DNA of 64,000 nt from Ignavibacteriota bacterium (GTDB lineage: Bacteria; Bacteroidota; Ignavibacteria; Palsa-1295), in NCBI GenBank assembly GCA_963787835.1, contig CAWBEI010000002.1:512001-576000 (forward strand). The letters are read 5' to 3'. Below, piece by piece: positions 9,667-20,650 of this stretch (position 1 is the stretch's first letter; every line of letters starts with the position of its first letter). Made by a program: the position numbers and the translations under genes. The notes beneath the pieces are model-generated. The model was not told the DNA's origin. It ran no database searches and worked only from the letters and a program-made list of their open reading frames with translations.

Positions 9667-12600
9667 ATGAACCATCGTCTCCTACTCTTCGTCGCTACAT
9701 TTCTTCTCTCTATTCCAGCTCTTCGCGCATCTGCGCAACAGCCGGACACGATCGTCGTGCAAACTCTCACCTTTGATTCGATCGGCCGCGCCGGATACTA
9801 TCAATTCCCGGATACGGGTTCGTTCGAGAAAGTGATCATGCAATACACGATGCGCTGCCATAATGCGCTCATTTCCAACGATAACAGCCCCAATCAAGGC
9901 TGCGGCCAATGGGATTACAACTGCGAATCCTACATCTGGGACTCGACTCGAACCGATTCGCTACTCAATTATGCCCCTTCCGCGATCATTTCCAATTACC
10001 CGGAGTATGCCAAATTCTCATACACTACGATAGGGACTTCATCCATCACACGAAGAGACGAGAAGCTCGTAAGCTATCCAGCCGGAACAACGTTTATCTC
10101 GGTTACCGGCGATACCACACAAACAATTCCGGTATGGCATCAGGAATGGACTAAACCGTATCAGCGAACGCTCTACGTTTTGCCTGCAAGTAAGAACGTG
10201 TGGAGAGGCGTGAAAAATGCTTCGCTCATCCAGGGGCTCATCTATAAATCAGGAATAGGTTCGATGTACGATTTCCGGATCAGGATGCACACCGTTAAGC
10301 CAGGCACCTACAATACATTATCTATTTTCGCAGACACCAGTTTTGTAGAGGTCTTTCATGCTTCGACCCTTTACACATCAAAACCTGATACGCTCTTTTT
10401 TTACAATCCGTTCAAGTGGGATACTACTTCGGACGTCGTGATGGAACTAAGCTATGCGGGCACTGGAAGCCAAAATGCCGACACGTCCTCCGAATCGGCG
10501 CTCAGTTTTGCAGGCTCCGAATTTGTGCCGGTTCCCGCTACCGCGCTCAACCAGATCTACGATCACGTCTCCATCGCTTTTTGGGCCTACGGCGACACCA
10601 GCTACCTCCCCGGTACTAATTGCGTCTTTGCGGAAGGCCTGGACAATTTGAAAAACAGACAGATCAACATTCATCTTCCCTGGAGCGATGGAAACGTATA
10701 TTGGGATTGCGGCGGTGATTCGCTTGGGAACTACGACCGCATCCAGCAAGCACTTCCGAAACGGTATGCCGCAGGCAGATGGAACCATTGGGTCTTCACC
10801 AAAGACGCCATCGCGGGCAAAATGTCGATCTATTTGAATGGAGCACTGTGGTTAAGCGATACCGGAATGCACCGACCCATTCATGCAACAGAAATGCTGC
10901 TCGGCGGCGCAGCAAGTTCCGGAATAGGGTACTATGGCGATGTACGCCAATTTGCGATGTTCGATGCGGTGCTTGATTCGAGCCAGGTCACGCAGATCAT
11001 GATGCAGGATAGTGCGATACCCGCACTTCAGCCCGTCACGTATTTCAAGTTAAATGAGGGTTCTGGCGGAACTATCGCAAATGCTGCATACCTGATGCCG
11101 AACTCGAGCGTCATCGGAGTTCCAGTCTGGCACTTCGTAAACGCGAAGGATCTCCCGAATAATTTTGGTGCTTCGAGCTTCCAACCATCGTTCGTATTCC
11201 CTAATGTTACCGTCCTGCAACTTTCCGATTCTGCAAAACCACAGATCGCGGACCATTATACCTACGATACCATTCCCGATCATGCACATATCGTATCGAA
11301 CTATGCCATCGGCCACAACTATGCATTCAATGCGAACGACAGCGTGTATGCAACCGATACGATCTATGGAGATTATCTCGCTACAAAATCCTACACGTAT
11401 GACGAGAGCGGAAATAAAGTGGATTCGGTAAATGTCGCCGCGCAGGACACGGTACGCCCCGACACCCTCTTTTATTTCACGCGTGGACCGCAAAAATTCG
11501 AATTGATGTCATTCGTCACTCCGTATGGACTTGGCCTGGATCTTGGCAAGACCGGCAAAATGTGGGAATTCGATGTGACCGATTACCTTCCTATCATGAA
11601 AGGATGGCATCGCCTAACAATGGAGCGCGGCTCCGGCCAGGAAGAGTTCGACCTTAAGTTCCTATTCATTAAGGGAACCCCCGCACGAAACGTGATCGAT
11701 CTGGATCAAATCTGGCCGATGACAGAGGAGAATTATCAAACCATCCAGTCCAACTTGCGCTATCAGCCGCTTTCTGTCTATCTTGAGCCAAGCGCAAAGG
11801 CATACAAATTGCGTTCTTATATCACCGGCCACGGTCAGCAAGGGGAATTTATTCCGCAGACGCATTATATTTCAGTCGATAACACGAAGTACGAACGGCT
11901 TGTCTATAAAATATGCTCGCTCGATCCGCTCTATCCACAAGGAGGAACATGGACGTACGACCGTTCTGGATGGTGTCCCGGCATGGCGACCGATCTCGCT
12001 GAATATGAGATCACGGGAACCGTTACACCCGGAGATTCTGTGACGATCGACTATGGAGTAGAGCCAGGGCCTACCGGCGATTCACGCTATGACCCCGGTA
12101 CGCAACTTGTCAGTTACGGCCCACCCAATTTTACACTCGACGCTGCCATTGTGAACATTCAGCGGCCATCGCCACTCATTGCGTATGGGCGTATCAATCC
12201 TGCCTGCGACCGTCCCATTGTGTTCATCAAAAATAATGGCTCCCAAACGCTGACCTCACTTCAATTCGATTATTATGTCGATAACGGGCCGCACGAAACT
12301 TTCCAATGGACGGGCAGTCTTCCGTTTTTGGATACAGCATCCGTTACACTTCCTGTGGACTCCCTGAATTTTTGGACTTCCGCAGATTCGGGCGGTTTCC
12401 ACGTCGATATTTCCAAACCCAACGGCGGCACCGATCAATACGATCAGGACGATCATTACTCTACTTCGTACAAACAACCTCCGGCGTATAACGGCATCGT
12501 GGTCGTAAATTTATATACCAACAACGACCCACAGGATAATTATTATGAAGTCCTCGATCATGATGGCGACACCGTATTCTCGAATGGTAACTTCGATGCA

Positions 12601-13101
12601 ACAACCTCCTATTACGATTCACTGATCCTTCCGGTCGGTTGCTATACTCTCGTCTTCCATGATGACGGCGAGGATGGACTTTCCTATTGGGCCAACCCGG
12701 ATCAAGGAAACGGATACCTTAGGCTTCGGCAAACCTCAAAGACAGGAAAAATTCTTAATACATTCAATCCCGATTTTGGTATGGGCGTCCAGTATGATTT
12801 TTCAATTGTTAGCTCGCCACTTGCCGTTGGAACAACCCAACCCCAGTTCCGGCATGTTGGGCTTTACCCAAATCCTACGGCTGGCGAACTCAATATCGAT
12901 CTCGAAGGAATGCCGGATGGGATGATCACGCTGGAGGTGATCGACGCGACCGGGCGAACACTCCGACGAGAGCAGCGATTCACCGATCCTTTAGGAGCGC
13001 TGCACTCCGGCATGGATCTAACTGGAATCCCCGCAGGAAACTACTTCTTGCGAGTTACCACCACCGACGGCCAAACAACTCAGAATTTCGTAGTGGAATA
13101 G
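9667..13101 (+). CDS. Peptide-N-glycosidase F-related protein with LamG domain and T9SS CTD
   Basis: Signal peptide; CGQWDY, FELMSFVTPYG, ITGHG, YPQGGTWTYDRSGWCPG motifs; LamG WNHWVFT; CTD LYPNPT...GNYFLRV. Confidence 0.85.
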   Translation: MNHRLLLFVATFLLSIPALRASAQQPDTIVVQTLTFDSIGRAGYYQFPDTGSFEKVIMQYTMRCHNALISNDNSPNQGCGQWDYNCESYIWDSTRTDSLLNYAPSAIISNYPEYAKFSYTTIGTSSITRRDEKLVSYPAGTTFISVTGDTTQTIPVWHQEWTKPYQRTLYVLPASKNVWRGVKNASLIQGLIYKSGIGSMYDFRIRMHTVKPGTYNTLSIFADTSFVEVFHASTLYTSKPDTLFFYNPFKWDTTSDVVMELSYAGTGSQNADTSSESALSFAGSEFVPVPATALNQIYDHVSIAFWAYGDTSYLPGTNCVFAEGLDNLKNRQINIHLPWSDGNVYWDCGGDSLGNYDRIQQALPKRYAAGRWNHWVFTKDAIAGKMSIYLNGALWLSDTGMHRPIHATEMLLGGAASSGIGYYGDVRQFAMFDAVLDSSQVTQIMMQDSAIPALQPVTYFKLNEGSGGTIANAAYLMPNSSVIGVPVWHFVNAKDLPNNFGASSFQPSFVFPNVTVLQLSDSAKPQIADHYTYDTIPDHAHIVSNYAIGHNYAFNANDSVYATDTIYGDYLATKSYTYDESGNKVDSVNVAAQDTVRPDTLFYFTRGPQKFELMSFVTPYGLGLDLGKTGKMWEFDVTDYLPIMKGWHRLTMERGSGQEEFDLKFLFIKGTPARNVIDLDQIWPMTEENYQTIQSNLRYQPLSVYLEPSAKAYKLRSYITGHGQQGEFIPQTHYISVDNTKYERLVYKICSLDPLYPQGGTWTYDRSGWCPGMATDLAEYEITGTVTPGDSVTIDYGVEPGPTGDSRYDPGTQLVSYGPPNFTLDAAIVNIQRPSPLIAYGRINPACDRPIVFIKNNGSQTLTSLQFDYYVDNGPHETFQWTGSLPFLDTASVTLPVDSLNFWTSADSGGFHVDISKPNGGTDQYDQDDHYSTSYKQPPAYNGIVVVNLYTNNDPQDNYYEVLDHDGDTVFSNGNFDATTSYYDSLILPVGCYTLVFHDDGEDGLSYWANPDQGNGYLRLRQTSKTGKILNTFNPDFGMGVQYDFSIVSSPLAVGTTQPQFRHVGLYPNPTAGELNIDLEGMPDGMITLEVIDATGRTLRREQRFTDPLGALHSGMDLTGIPAGNYFLRVTTTDGQTTQNFVVE

Positions 13102-13132
13102 AAAACTCTATAAAAAGGATGTTTTCGTATTC

Positions 13133-13278
13133 TGTCATTGCGAGAAGGAATCACGGAGCGATAGCGGAGTAATTCCGACGAAGCAATCTCTTCACTTCGA
13201 GACTGAGATTGCTTCGTCTCCTTCGGCCAGCATCGTCGGCGATGCGCCTCCGGTCGCCGAATGCTCCTCGCAATGACA
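13133..13278. repeat. GTCATTGCGAG-type palindromic element
   Basis: Terminal TGTCATTGCGAG/CTCGCAATGACA with inner CGAAGCAATCTC/GAGATTGCTTCG; second copy at 58771. Confidence 0.85.
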
Positions 13279-13424
13279 TTATGCTAAAGGAACCGAAGGG
13301 CACGGCTTTTTGTCTATTCGCGCTCTGGGAATGCTGTCCGGTAGGATTTTCTTGATCCTTCCGGCTTTTTTTTGGAAAATAAGCAGATTTCAGCGAATAT
13401 CTAAGTGACACGGGCGGGCAACGC

Positions 13425-13497
13425 GCGGGAGTAACTCAGTTGGTAGAGTCACAGCCTTCCAAGCTGTTGGTCGCGGGTTCGAGTCCCGTCTCCCGCT
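13425..13497 (+). tRNA. tRNA-Gly (TCC)
   Basis: Cloverleaf: GCGGGAG/CTCCCGC acceptor stem, anticodon loop CTTCCAA, GTTCGAGTC. Confidence 0.97.
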
Positions 13498-13507
13498 CTT
13501 TATTGGC

Positions 13508-13580
13508 AAAGATGAAATATTAAAGATGAAAGATGAATTTCATCCTCGGTTTCATCTTTCATCTTTAATATTTCATCTTT
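13508..13580. repeat. Inverted heptamer tandem repeat hairpin (AAAGATG)n/(CATCTTT)n
   Basis: Seen directly, just after tRNA-Gly. Confidence 0.85.
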
Positions 13581-13587
13581 AGTACAG

Positions 13588-13842
13588 GTGACGCCACCAA
13601 AACTATGCGGCGATTGCGGGACGCAGATGGATGTCAATCCAGAGCTGTTCGCACTGCCAAGTTTGGATCCGATTCCGAATCCGAATGGTGGCATCACGCT
13701 GAATTTTAATTTTTCACGTGCGCTGCCCATAACGGCGTACGTCTGCCCGAACTGCGGGCGGTTCAAGTTCATGTCGGCGATCTTATTGAATAATATCGAA
13801 GGGATGCCGGCCCCTCAACCACGAGCTTCGGAAGAAGCATAA
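13588..13842 (+). CDS. Small putative zinc-ribbon protein
   Basis: CGDCG...CPNCG; GTG start. Confidence 0.65.
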   Translation: MTPPKLCGDCGTQMDVNPELFALPSLDPIPNPNGGITLNFNFSRALPITAYVCPNCGRFKFMSAILLNNIEGMPAPQPRASEEA

Positions 13843-13907
13843 CTGCTGTTCAAGAAGTTTTTTGCTGCAAAGCGTAACAGCTTCTTGAAGAAGCGAAGGA
13901 TCCTATC

Positions 13908-14057
13908 ATGAGAGACATTATCACACTCGAGTGTACCGTCTGCAAAATGCGGAATTACTCGACCACAAAGAACAAACGCAAGCAATCGGGCCGCGTAGAA
14001 TACACGAAATTCTGCCCGAAGGATAACAAGCGGACCCTGCACAAGGAGACGAAGTAA
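13908..14057 (+). CDS. rpmG: 50S ribosomal protein L33
   Basis: Manual translation [49 protein letters not shown]; too short for the ORF track. Confidence 0.97.
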   Translation: MRDIITLECTVCKMRNYSTTKNKRKQSGRVEYTKFCPKDNKRTLHKETK

Positions 14058-14060
14058 CTC

Positions 14061-14124
14061 GTAGGCGTAACCTTTAGGTTACGGTGTGATCGCTTCGCCA
14101 CCGTGACCTAAAGGTCACGGCTAC
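14061..14124. repeat. GTAG-type REP doublet
   Basis: GTAGGCGTAACCTTTAGGTTACGG...CCGTGACCTAAAGGTCACGGCTAC; relative at 52036-52110. Confidence 0.85.
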
Positions 14125-14128
14125 CCAT

Positions 14129-14202
<74 letters not shown>

Positions 14203-14210
14203 CGAGCTAA

Positions 14211-14292
14211 AAAATTATGAATTATGAAAGAGGAATTATGAAAATAATTCGCCAAACCAATCTCATAATTCGTAATTCATAATTCATAATTT
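14211..14292. repeat. Inverted heptamer repeat hairpin (AATTATG)n/(CATAATT)n
   Basis: Seen directly, after tRNA-Trp. Confidence 0.85.
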
Positions 14293-14300
14293 CCCCTACG

Positions 14301-14534
14301 ATGGCTGAAACAACAGTAATACAACCGGGCGAAAAGCAAGGGCTTGGAAAAAAGTCCTTCTCGTTCTTTACAGACGTTGCGCGCGAAATGCGCAAGGTAA
14401 GCTGGCCCAAGCGCGCAGAACTTCAGGATGCGACCGTTATCACGCTGGTACTCTGTGTGGTGCTCGCACTTTTTACGTTCGGGGTCGATAAGATCTTTGA
14501 AACGATCATTCGCGGAATTTTCAGGTTATTCTAA
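14301..14534 (+). CDS. secE: Preprotein translocase subunit SecE
   Basis: EMRKVSWP motif plus TM helix; precedes nusG. Confidence 0.95.
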   Translation: MAETTVIQPGEKQGLGKKSFSFFTDVAREMRKVSWPKRAELQDATVITLVLCVVLALFTFGVDKIFETIIRGIFRLF

Positions 14535-15088
14535 TGACAGCAGAACCACAAGCGATCGCTTTAAAATGGTATGCACTCCGAACCTTCACTGGCTCGGAGG
14601 CGAAAGTCAAGGCCTATATTGAGGACGAGATGAAGCGTCGCGACCTCACCGAGCGCGTGCCAGAAGTTGTGATCCCGAATGAGAAGGTCTATGAAGTTCG
14701 CGACGGAAAAAAGAAGGTAAAAACCAAGAGCTTCCTTCCCGGCTATATTCTCATCGAAGCTGCGCTCGATAAAAAACTGATCGATCTTATTCTCTCCATT
14801 CCCGGCGTCGTCAGCTTCGTCGGCCCGACGAAAACACAGCCCACCGCGCTCCAGCCCGACGAAATGCGCCGCATTCTCGGCAAGGTAGAAGAAAAACGCG
14901 GACTGGAGTCACCGGAAGTACGTTACCACATGGGCCAGCCCGTGAAGGTAATCGATGGACCGTTCTCCGGCTTCGGCGCTCAGATCAAAGAGATCAACGA
15001 AGACAAGCAGAAGCTGAAAGTTGAAGTCTCCATCTTCGGACGCAAAACACCCGTCGAGCTGGACTACACGCAAGTCGAACCGGAGTAA
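14534..15088 (+). CDS. nusG: Transcription factor NusG
   Basis: WYALRTFTGSE, FLPGYILI, KOW VIDGPFSGF, VSIFGRKTPVEL. Confidence 0.98.
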   Translation: MTAEPQAIALKWYALRTFTGSEAKVKAYIEDEMKRRDLTERVPEVVIPNEKVYEVRDGKKKVKTKSFLPGYILIEAALDKKLIDLILSIPGVVSFVGPTKTQPTALQPDEMRRILGKVEEKRGLESPEVRYHMGQPVKVIDGPFSGFGAQIKEINEDKQKLKVEVSIFGRKTPVELDYTQVEPE

Positions 15089-15093
15089 ATCAG

Positions 15094-16428
15094 GTGCGAC
15101 GCGCGCTTTTTGTCCTCCTGATCGCGCTCGTTCCATGCACTATATTTGCGCAAGGCTACCGCGGCCGCGATTTCTGGATCTGCTTTCCGCAAAATGCGGT
15201 CATCGAACAGAATCACACGCTTCATCTCTCCATCTATATTACTGCTGAGTCGCGCGCGATCGGCTCGATCACAAATTTATTAGACAGCACCACTCAAAAT
15301 TTCTCGGTTGAATCTGGCGCATCCATTGAACGGGACATCGATACCGAGATCGAGATCGGTTCATCGGAACGATCGCAGCGTAATTCCGTCCACATTGTAA
15401 GCGATCAGGACATTTCGGTCTATGTCGTCGATCACCGCCCCGCATCTACCGACAGCTACATGGCGATACCAACAGAATATTTAGGAAAGGAATATGTGGT
15501 CGCTGGATATACCACCCTACGCTATGGTGGTATCAGATTTGGATTTACTTCCCAAGCCACGTTCGTTGCGACCGAGGATAACACCTGGATCGCGGTTCAT
15601 CTTGCAGGAACTACTACCGGAGGACTCCCTAAAGGACGAACCCTTATGTTCGGATTGAATCGTGGCGAGACGTATCAAATTCAAGGCGGATACGAGAGTG
15701 GGGATCTCACGGGTTCCACCATTTCCTCGACGAAGCCCATTGCGTTCTTCACCGGTCACAGATGTGCACAGGTGCCAAGCGAAGTCGAGTTCTGCGATAT
15801 GTTGCTGGAATCGGAACCACCCGCAAATGACTGGGGAAAAGCATTTGTGCTTACAAAATTCGAGGGTAAAGACTATTCGGTGGCGCGAGTAATCGCAAAT
15901 GCCGATTCCACTCAGGTCTCGATAAACGGAGCCAATGCCAAAACGATCAACCGTGGCGAATTCTATGAAGTGGACACGTTGTATCACGATGCGATCATTA
16001 CCACGAGCAGACCAGCACTCGTTGCGCAATATTGCACAAGCTCGGACGCCGATACGATCAAAATTGGAGATCCGTTCATGCTCATCGCAATCCCAAGCGA
16101 TCGGTTCACCAAAGAAACGACAACCACATCCGTCGTCGATACTCGATTCGAGCATTTTCTGAATATCGTTGTGCCTGATTCCGGCGTTACTTCTCTCAAG
16201 ATCGACGGAATGATGGCAGCACTTGGATCATTACCACCGGGAGTTTCCCTTTCTTCGAAACGAATACTTGCCGCTGCCAGAGCGACCGTGTTTGCATTTC
16301 GCGTCCCATCCGGCCGGCATATGGTAGAGTGCAATGCTCCAGTAGCTGTTTATTCTTACGGCTTTGGAGTAGCCGATCAAAATTACGACTCCTACGGCCA
16401 CTCCTGCGGAATGCGGCTGGACAAATAA
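15094..16428 (+). CDS. IgGFc-binding-domain exported protein (no T9SS CTD)
   Basis: Signal peptide; GRDFWICF, LGKEYVV, LNRGETYQI, DLTGSTISSTKPIAFFTGH, GDPFM. Confidence 0.85.
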   Translation: MRRALFVLLIALVPCTIFAQGYRGRDFWICFPQNAVIEQNHTLHLSIYITAESRAIGSITNLLDSTTQNFSVESGASIERDIDTEIEIGSSERSQRNSVHIVSDQDISVYVVDHRPASTDSYMAIPTEYLGKEYVVAGYTTLRYGGIRFGFTSQATFVATEDNTWIAVHLAGTTTGGLPKGRTLMFGLNRGETYQIQGGYESGDLTGSTISSTKPIAFFTGHRCAQVPSEVEFCDMLLESEPPANDWGKAFVLTKFEGKDYSVARVIANADSTQVSINGANAKTINRGEFYEVDTLYHDAIITTSRPALVAQYCTSSDADTIKIGDPFMLIAIPSDRFTKETTTTSVVDTRFEHFLNIVVPDSGVTSLKIDGMMAALGSLPPGVSLSSKRILAAARATVFAFRVPSGRHMVECNAPVAVYSYGFGVADQNYDSYGHSCGMRLDK

Positions 16429-16522
16429 TTATCGTAAACTTGCCATTAGGTGCGATAATAGCCATATAATGCCCTTTTTTGAACTAACGGAAGCCCCTTC
16501 GGGTTACAGGCGCGCCTTCCAG

Positions 16523-16607
16523 AAAATGATGAATGATGAATTATGAATGATGAAGTGGGAAGGAAGTTAAAGAAATCAACATAATTCATCATTCATAATT
16601 CATAATT
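16523..16607. repeat. Inverted heptamer repeat hairpin (AATGATG/AATTATG) in the fusA leader
   Basis: Seen directly. Confidence 0.8.
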
Positions 16608-16614
16608 GTCAGCA

Positions 16615-18711
16615 ATGTCACGCAAACAACCTTTAGAGCGCACGCGAAATATCGGGATCATGGCGCATATCGACGCCGGTAAGACCACGACCACCGAGCG
16701 CATCCTCTTTTATACCGGCCGGGTTCACCGCATGGGCGAAGTCCACGAGGGCGGCGCAACTATGGACTGGATGGAACAGGAGAAAGAGCGTGGCATCACG
16801 ATCACGTCTGCCGCCACAACCTGCACCTGGCGCGATACCGCGATCAACATCATTGACACCCCAGGCCACGTTGATTTTACCGTAGAAGTCGAGCGTTCGC
16901 TGCGCGTACTCGATGGTGCGGTTGCGCTGTTTTGCGCGGTTGGCGGAGTAGAGCCGCAATCGGAGACGGTGTGGCGTCAGGCCAACAAGTATGGTGTGCC
17001 CCGTATTGCGTTCGTCAACAAGATGGATCGCGTCGGCGCAGACTTTTTTAACGTCATCACGATGATCAAGGAGCGGCTCGGAGCAAATCCGGTTCCGATC
17101 AATCTCCCGATCGGTGAAGGCGAAATGTTCGCCGGCGTCATCGACCTGGTCGAGAACAAGGCGCGCATGTATAATGAAAGCTCCCTTGGCACAACGTGGG
17201 ATGAAATTGAAATTCCCGAAAAGCTGAAAGAACACGCCAAAGAATGGCGTACACGCCTCTTTGAATCTGTTGCAGAAATTGATGACACGCTGCTTCTGAA
17301 ATATCTCGAAGGCGAAGAGATCACGCGTGAAGAAGTGATGCGCGTGCTTCGTTTGGCTGTTATCGATTCGAAGATCATTCCCGTACTTTGCGGGTCGGCG
17401 TTCAAGAACAAGGGCGTGCAGGATCTGCTGGATGCCGTCGTGGATTACCTCCCAAGCCCCGTCGATGTCGGCGCGATCGAAGGGCATCATCTGAATTTGA
17501 CCGATCACATCAAGCGCGAGCCGGACGATAAAGAAAAATTCGCCTCGATCGCGTTCAAGATCATGACCGACCCGTTCGTCGGGAAGCTCACGTTCTTCCG
17601 CGTGTATTCCGGTACCTTGAAATCAGGTTCCTATGTATTGAATTCCGTGAGCGGACGCAAGGAGCGCATCGGGCGCATCCTGCGCATGCACGCGAACCAT
17701 CGTGAGGATATTGAAGAAGCTTACACAGGCGATATTTGCGCCGCTGTCGGACTCAAGCAAACACGCACCGGCGATACGCTCTGCGATGAGGATGATCCCA
17801 TCGTGTTGGAACGAATGATCTTCCCGGAACCCGTTATTTCGCTCGCCGTCGAGCCAAAAACCAAAGCAGATTCCGAAAAAATGTCGGAAGCATTACAAAA
17901 GCTTGCCGATGAAGATCCTACGTTCAAAGTGAAAACGGATGAAGAGACCGGGCAGACCATTCTTTCCGGTATGGGCGAGCTGCATCTGGAAATTCTGGTC
18001 GATCGCATGAAGCGCGAATTCCGCGTGGAGGCCAACGTCGGTAAGCCGCAGGTCGCGTACAAAGAAACGATCCGCAAGAAAGTTACACAGGAAGGCCGCT
18101 TCATTCGCCAGTCTGGCGGACGCGGTCAGTTTGGTCACGTCTGGATCGATGTCGAGCCGAACGAGCCAGGAAAGGGTTACGAGTTCGAGAATGCCATCGT
18201 CGGAGGAACGATCCCGAAGGAATATATTTCCCCGGTCAGCGCGGGCATTGTCGAAGCGATGAAGAATGGCGTGCTCGCCGGGTATCCCGTCGAGGACATC
18301 AAGGTTCGTTTGTTCGATGGCTCGTTCCACGAAGTCGATTCGAGCGAAATGGCGTTTAAGATCGCAGGCTCCATGGCCTTTAAGGAAGCCGCGCGTAAAG
18401 CGAATCCCGTTATTCTGGAACCCGTGATGGATGTCGAAGTCGTGACGCCGGAAGATTACATGGGCGACGTGATCGGCGATCTCACCAAACGCCGTGGCAA
18501 GATCGAAAGCATGACTGCGCGCTCGGATGCACAGGTCGTAAAAGCCTCTGTGCCGCTCTCGGAAATGTTCGGGTATGCGACGGTGATGCGCTCGATGTCG
18601 CAGGGCCGCGCGATCTACTCCATGCAGTTCTCGCGGTACGAAGAAGCGCCGCGCGCCGTGCAGGAACAGATCATCGAAGCCCAAAAGGGCAAGAGCGGGT
18701 CGGGATCGTAA
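16615..18711 (+). CDS. fusA: Elongation factor G
   Basis: [26 protein letters not shown]; full length. Confidence 0.99.
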   Translation: MSRKQPLERTRNIGIMAHIDAGKTTTTERILFYTGRVHRMGEVHEGGATMDWMEQEKERGITITSAATTCTWRDTAINIIDTPGHVDFTVEVERSLRVLDGAVALFCAVGGVEPQSETVWRQANKYGVPRIAFVNKMDRVGADFFNVITMIKERLGANPVPINLPIGEGEMFAGVIDLVENKARMYNESSLGTTWDEIEIPEKLKEHAKEWRTRLFESVAEIDDTLLLKYLEGEEITREEVMRVLRLAVIDSKIIPVLCGSAFKNKGVQDLLDAVVDYLPSPVDVGAIEGHHLNLTDHIKREPDDKEKFASIAFKIMTDPFVGKLTFFRVYSGTLKSGSYVLNSVSGRKERIGRILRMHANHREDIEEAYTGDICAAVGLKQTRTGDTLCDEDDPIVLERMIFPEPVISLAVEPKTKADSEKMSEALQKLADEDPTFKVKTDEETGQTILSGMGELHLEILVDRMKREFRVEANVGKPQVAYKETIRKKVTQEGRFIRQSGGRGQFGHVWIDVEPNEPGKGYEFENAIVGGTIPKEYISPVSAGIVEAMKNGVLAGYPVEDIKVRLFDGSFHEVDSSEMAFKIAGSMAFKEAARKANPVILEPVMDVEVVTPEDYMGDVIGDLTKRRGKIESMTARSDAQVVKASVPLSEMFGYATVMRSMSQGRAIYSMQFSRYEEAPRAVQEQIIEAQKGKSGSGS

Positions 18712-18722
18712 TCACGAATTTC

Positions 18723-19070
18723 AATCCCGAAAGGACGGCATATTTGCAGCCCCGGACGTGAGTCCGGGGTTTTGCGTTTTGTATAAACGCGTAGGTCGGT
18801 GCTTCCATCGTGGGCGATGGAGCCAGCCCGACAATCCCCGAGAACGAAAGAAAAAGTGCCGTAGGGACGTGCTGCGCACGTCCTTTGTGCCGGAGCGCTA
18901 ATTCCAGATTTTGGATGATCTCAAATTCGTTTGACATTCACCGGGGCGGACGTGCGCAGCACGTCCCTACGGATCCAGCTCCGATATGAGCGGCATATTG
19001 GTAGCCCCGTGCGTAAGCGCGGGGTGCGCGGGATCTTTTTAAGAGCCAGAGTCCCGGAGCGACGACACAA
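18723..19070. repeat. Cluster of REP-like palindromes (left boundary of the accessory patch)
   Basis: CCCCGGACGTGAGTCCGGGG; GTAGGGACGTGCTGCGCACGTCC (18861) with its inverse (18948-18970); AGTCCCGGAGCGACGACACAAA. Confidence 0.8.
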
Positions 19071-19073
19071 AAA

Positions 19074-19294
19074 AGTGCCGGAGGCACGAAGTACCCGCAG
19101 CCCAGGGTGGAGCGAAGCGGAACCCTGGGTAACGAATAAAATTAGAGTTTATTAGCCCTGAAAGGGCGATGTTTGCCGCCGGGATTTTACAACGCCCTTT
19201 CAGGGCTTGGGAACATAAAACGCAACGCTAACCCAGGGTTCCGCTCGCAAGCTCGCTTCACCCTGGGCTGCGAGTACTCCGTCGCTCCGCGACT
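19074..19294. repeat. Non-autonomous REP composite (MITE/REPIN-like)
   Basis: GCAGCCCAGGG...CCCTGGG, AGCCCTGAAAGGGCG/CGCCCTTTCAGGGCT, ends GGGCTGCGAGTACTCCGTCGCTCCGCGACTA. Confidence 0.85.
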
Positions 19295-19300
19295 AATTGC

Positions 19301-20197
19301 TCATTCAATTATTGGAACTATCTGAATTTTGTTGGACAGTTCGGTACGACCGAAACTTTTCAGGAAGGATTGCAGGGCGTTGAAGCCGGATTGGTCAGGT
19401 ACGACGATTTCCAAAACATCCTCATCGTTGAACGTTAAGTTGAATTCGGGCTTTAACCATTTATCGTCAGAACCAGCGTCAATAGTTTCGTCGCCCTTAA
19501 AACCATGAGGAGACAGTGCGCGCCATTCCCTCTCATCATAATTGCGAATGCGCTCTCCGGTTGGGAGATTTTCTTCGTAGCAGCGCATATAGGAGTCGCG
19601 ATCCTCAAGTTCATTGTGGAGCCTGCGTATAGCCCACATTAGAGCACTGAAGGTTTGCCGCATTGCTTCATCTTCTGGCAGGTTGCCATCTGCAATCGCA
19701 ACTAATTCCCGCATGTATTTTTCGAGTTTGCCGTGTTCGGTTCGAAGAGCCGTTGGGTCCATTGGCGTTCCATCTCCATATTGCTCAGAGAGTTCACGGA
19801 GTCTTGATGCCTGCAACATTTGCAAATAACTTCTGTCCGAACTATATGGCTCCGGCAACACGTCCGGCAAATGATTTAAGTTCTTGAATGCTAAGTACGA
19901 GCCTCCGACACCTACGGAGTCAGTATGCACATAACGGACGGGCGAAATCCGATTTTTTATTCCCCATTCCTTTGTCAAACCAATGGCCACCGGACGCGCT
20001 TTGCGAAGGTGTGGAGCGTCAGATGAAGGCAGGTCGCAAAAACAAACAACATAATTGGTCTGCGTGTAAGGAAACTTGGGGTATGGAACCGTTTCGACCT
20101 GTTTAGAATAGCGGAACCCGCCACAGGCCAGAATCGATTTGCATGCCTCTAATGATGTATAATGGAAAAGCGTGTCAGTACTGATCTTATTGGGCAT
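19301..20197 (-). CDS. AbiGi-family abortive-infection protein
   Basis: TLFHYT, VCFCDLP, IGLTKEWG..N.ISPVRY and YDEREWR motifs. Confidence 0.75.
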   Translation of the reverse strand: MPNKISTDTLFHYTSLEACKSILACGGFRYSKQVETVPYPKFPYTQTNYVVCFCDLPSSDAPHLRKARPVAIGLTKEWGIKNRISPVRYVHTDSVGVGGSYLAFKNLNHLPDVLPEPYSSDRSYLQMLQASRLRELSEQYGDGTPMDPTALRTEHGKLEKYMRELVAIADGNLPEDEAMRQTFSALMWAIRRLHNELEDRDSYMRCYEENLPTGERIRNYDEREWRALSPHGFKGDETIDAGSDDKWLKPEFNLTFNDEDVLEIVVPDQSGFNALQSFLKSFGRTELSNKIQIVPIIE

Positions 20198-20222
20198 ATC
20201 CCCTCCAAAATTTTACATTATT

Positions 20223-20640
20223 TTACGCCTTCAAAAACCCCAGCTCATACACCATTGGCTGTAACTTTTCCGTCAATGCTTTGTAGGCCGATTCGAAGGG
20301 TTTGAAGCTGACGGGCGGGAAATCGCCGCTTTCGTTACGAGCTTGCAACGCCTTGCGGATTTGATACCACCCCACATCCGCGCGGTTTAGTTTTAGTTCT
20401 TCGCGGACGGTGTGAACGTCAGTATCGGCAAAATATGCTTTCCACAATGCTTTTCCGGCTTCGAGCACTGCGCTGGCTTCTTTCGAGAATTTCTTACCGC
20501 GCATATATTGCACCATAAAATCGCTCTCGAACCTGTCGGGCGCGCCGACCTCTTTTTCAGTGAAGGGAATGAAATGGTTCACGATGCTCCACTTCTTTCC
20601 GTTCCATTCTAAATCGTTGGCGCTGGCGGTGAGGTTGCTG
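20223..20640 (-). pseudogene. C-terminal fragment of a large restriction-modification-like protein (resembles the Borrelia BBE02 family)
   Basis: WSIVNHFIPFTEKEVGA..RFESDFM, DVGWYQIR, L.PMVYELGFL; the 5' part is cut by a REP element. Confidence 0.6.
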
Positions 20641-20650
20641 CCTAAGAATT

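Noticed and set aside
16633-18684. Long antisense ORFs opposite fusA (also opposite metG, 41979..43112 and 53566..54582)
   Set aside because: Shadow frames of strongly supported genes, with no recognisable motifs
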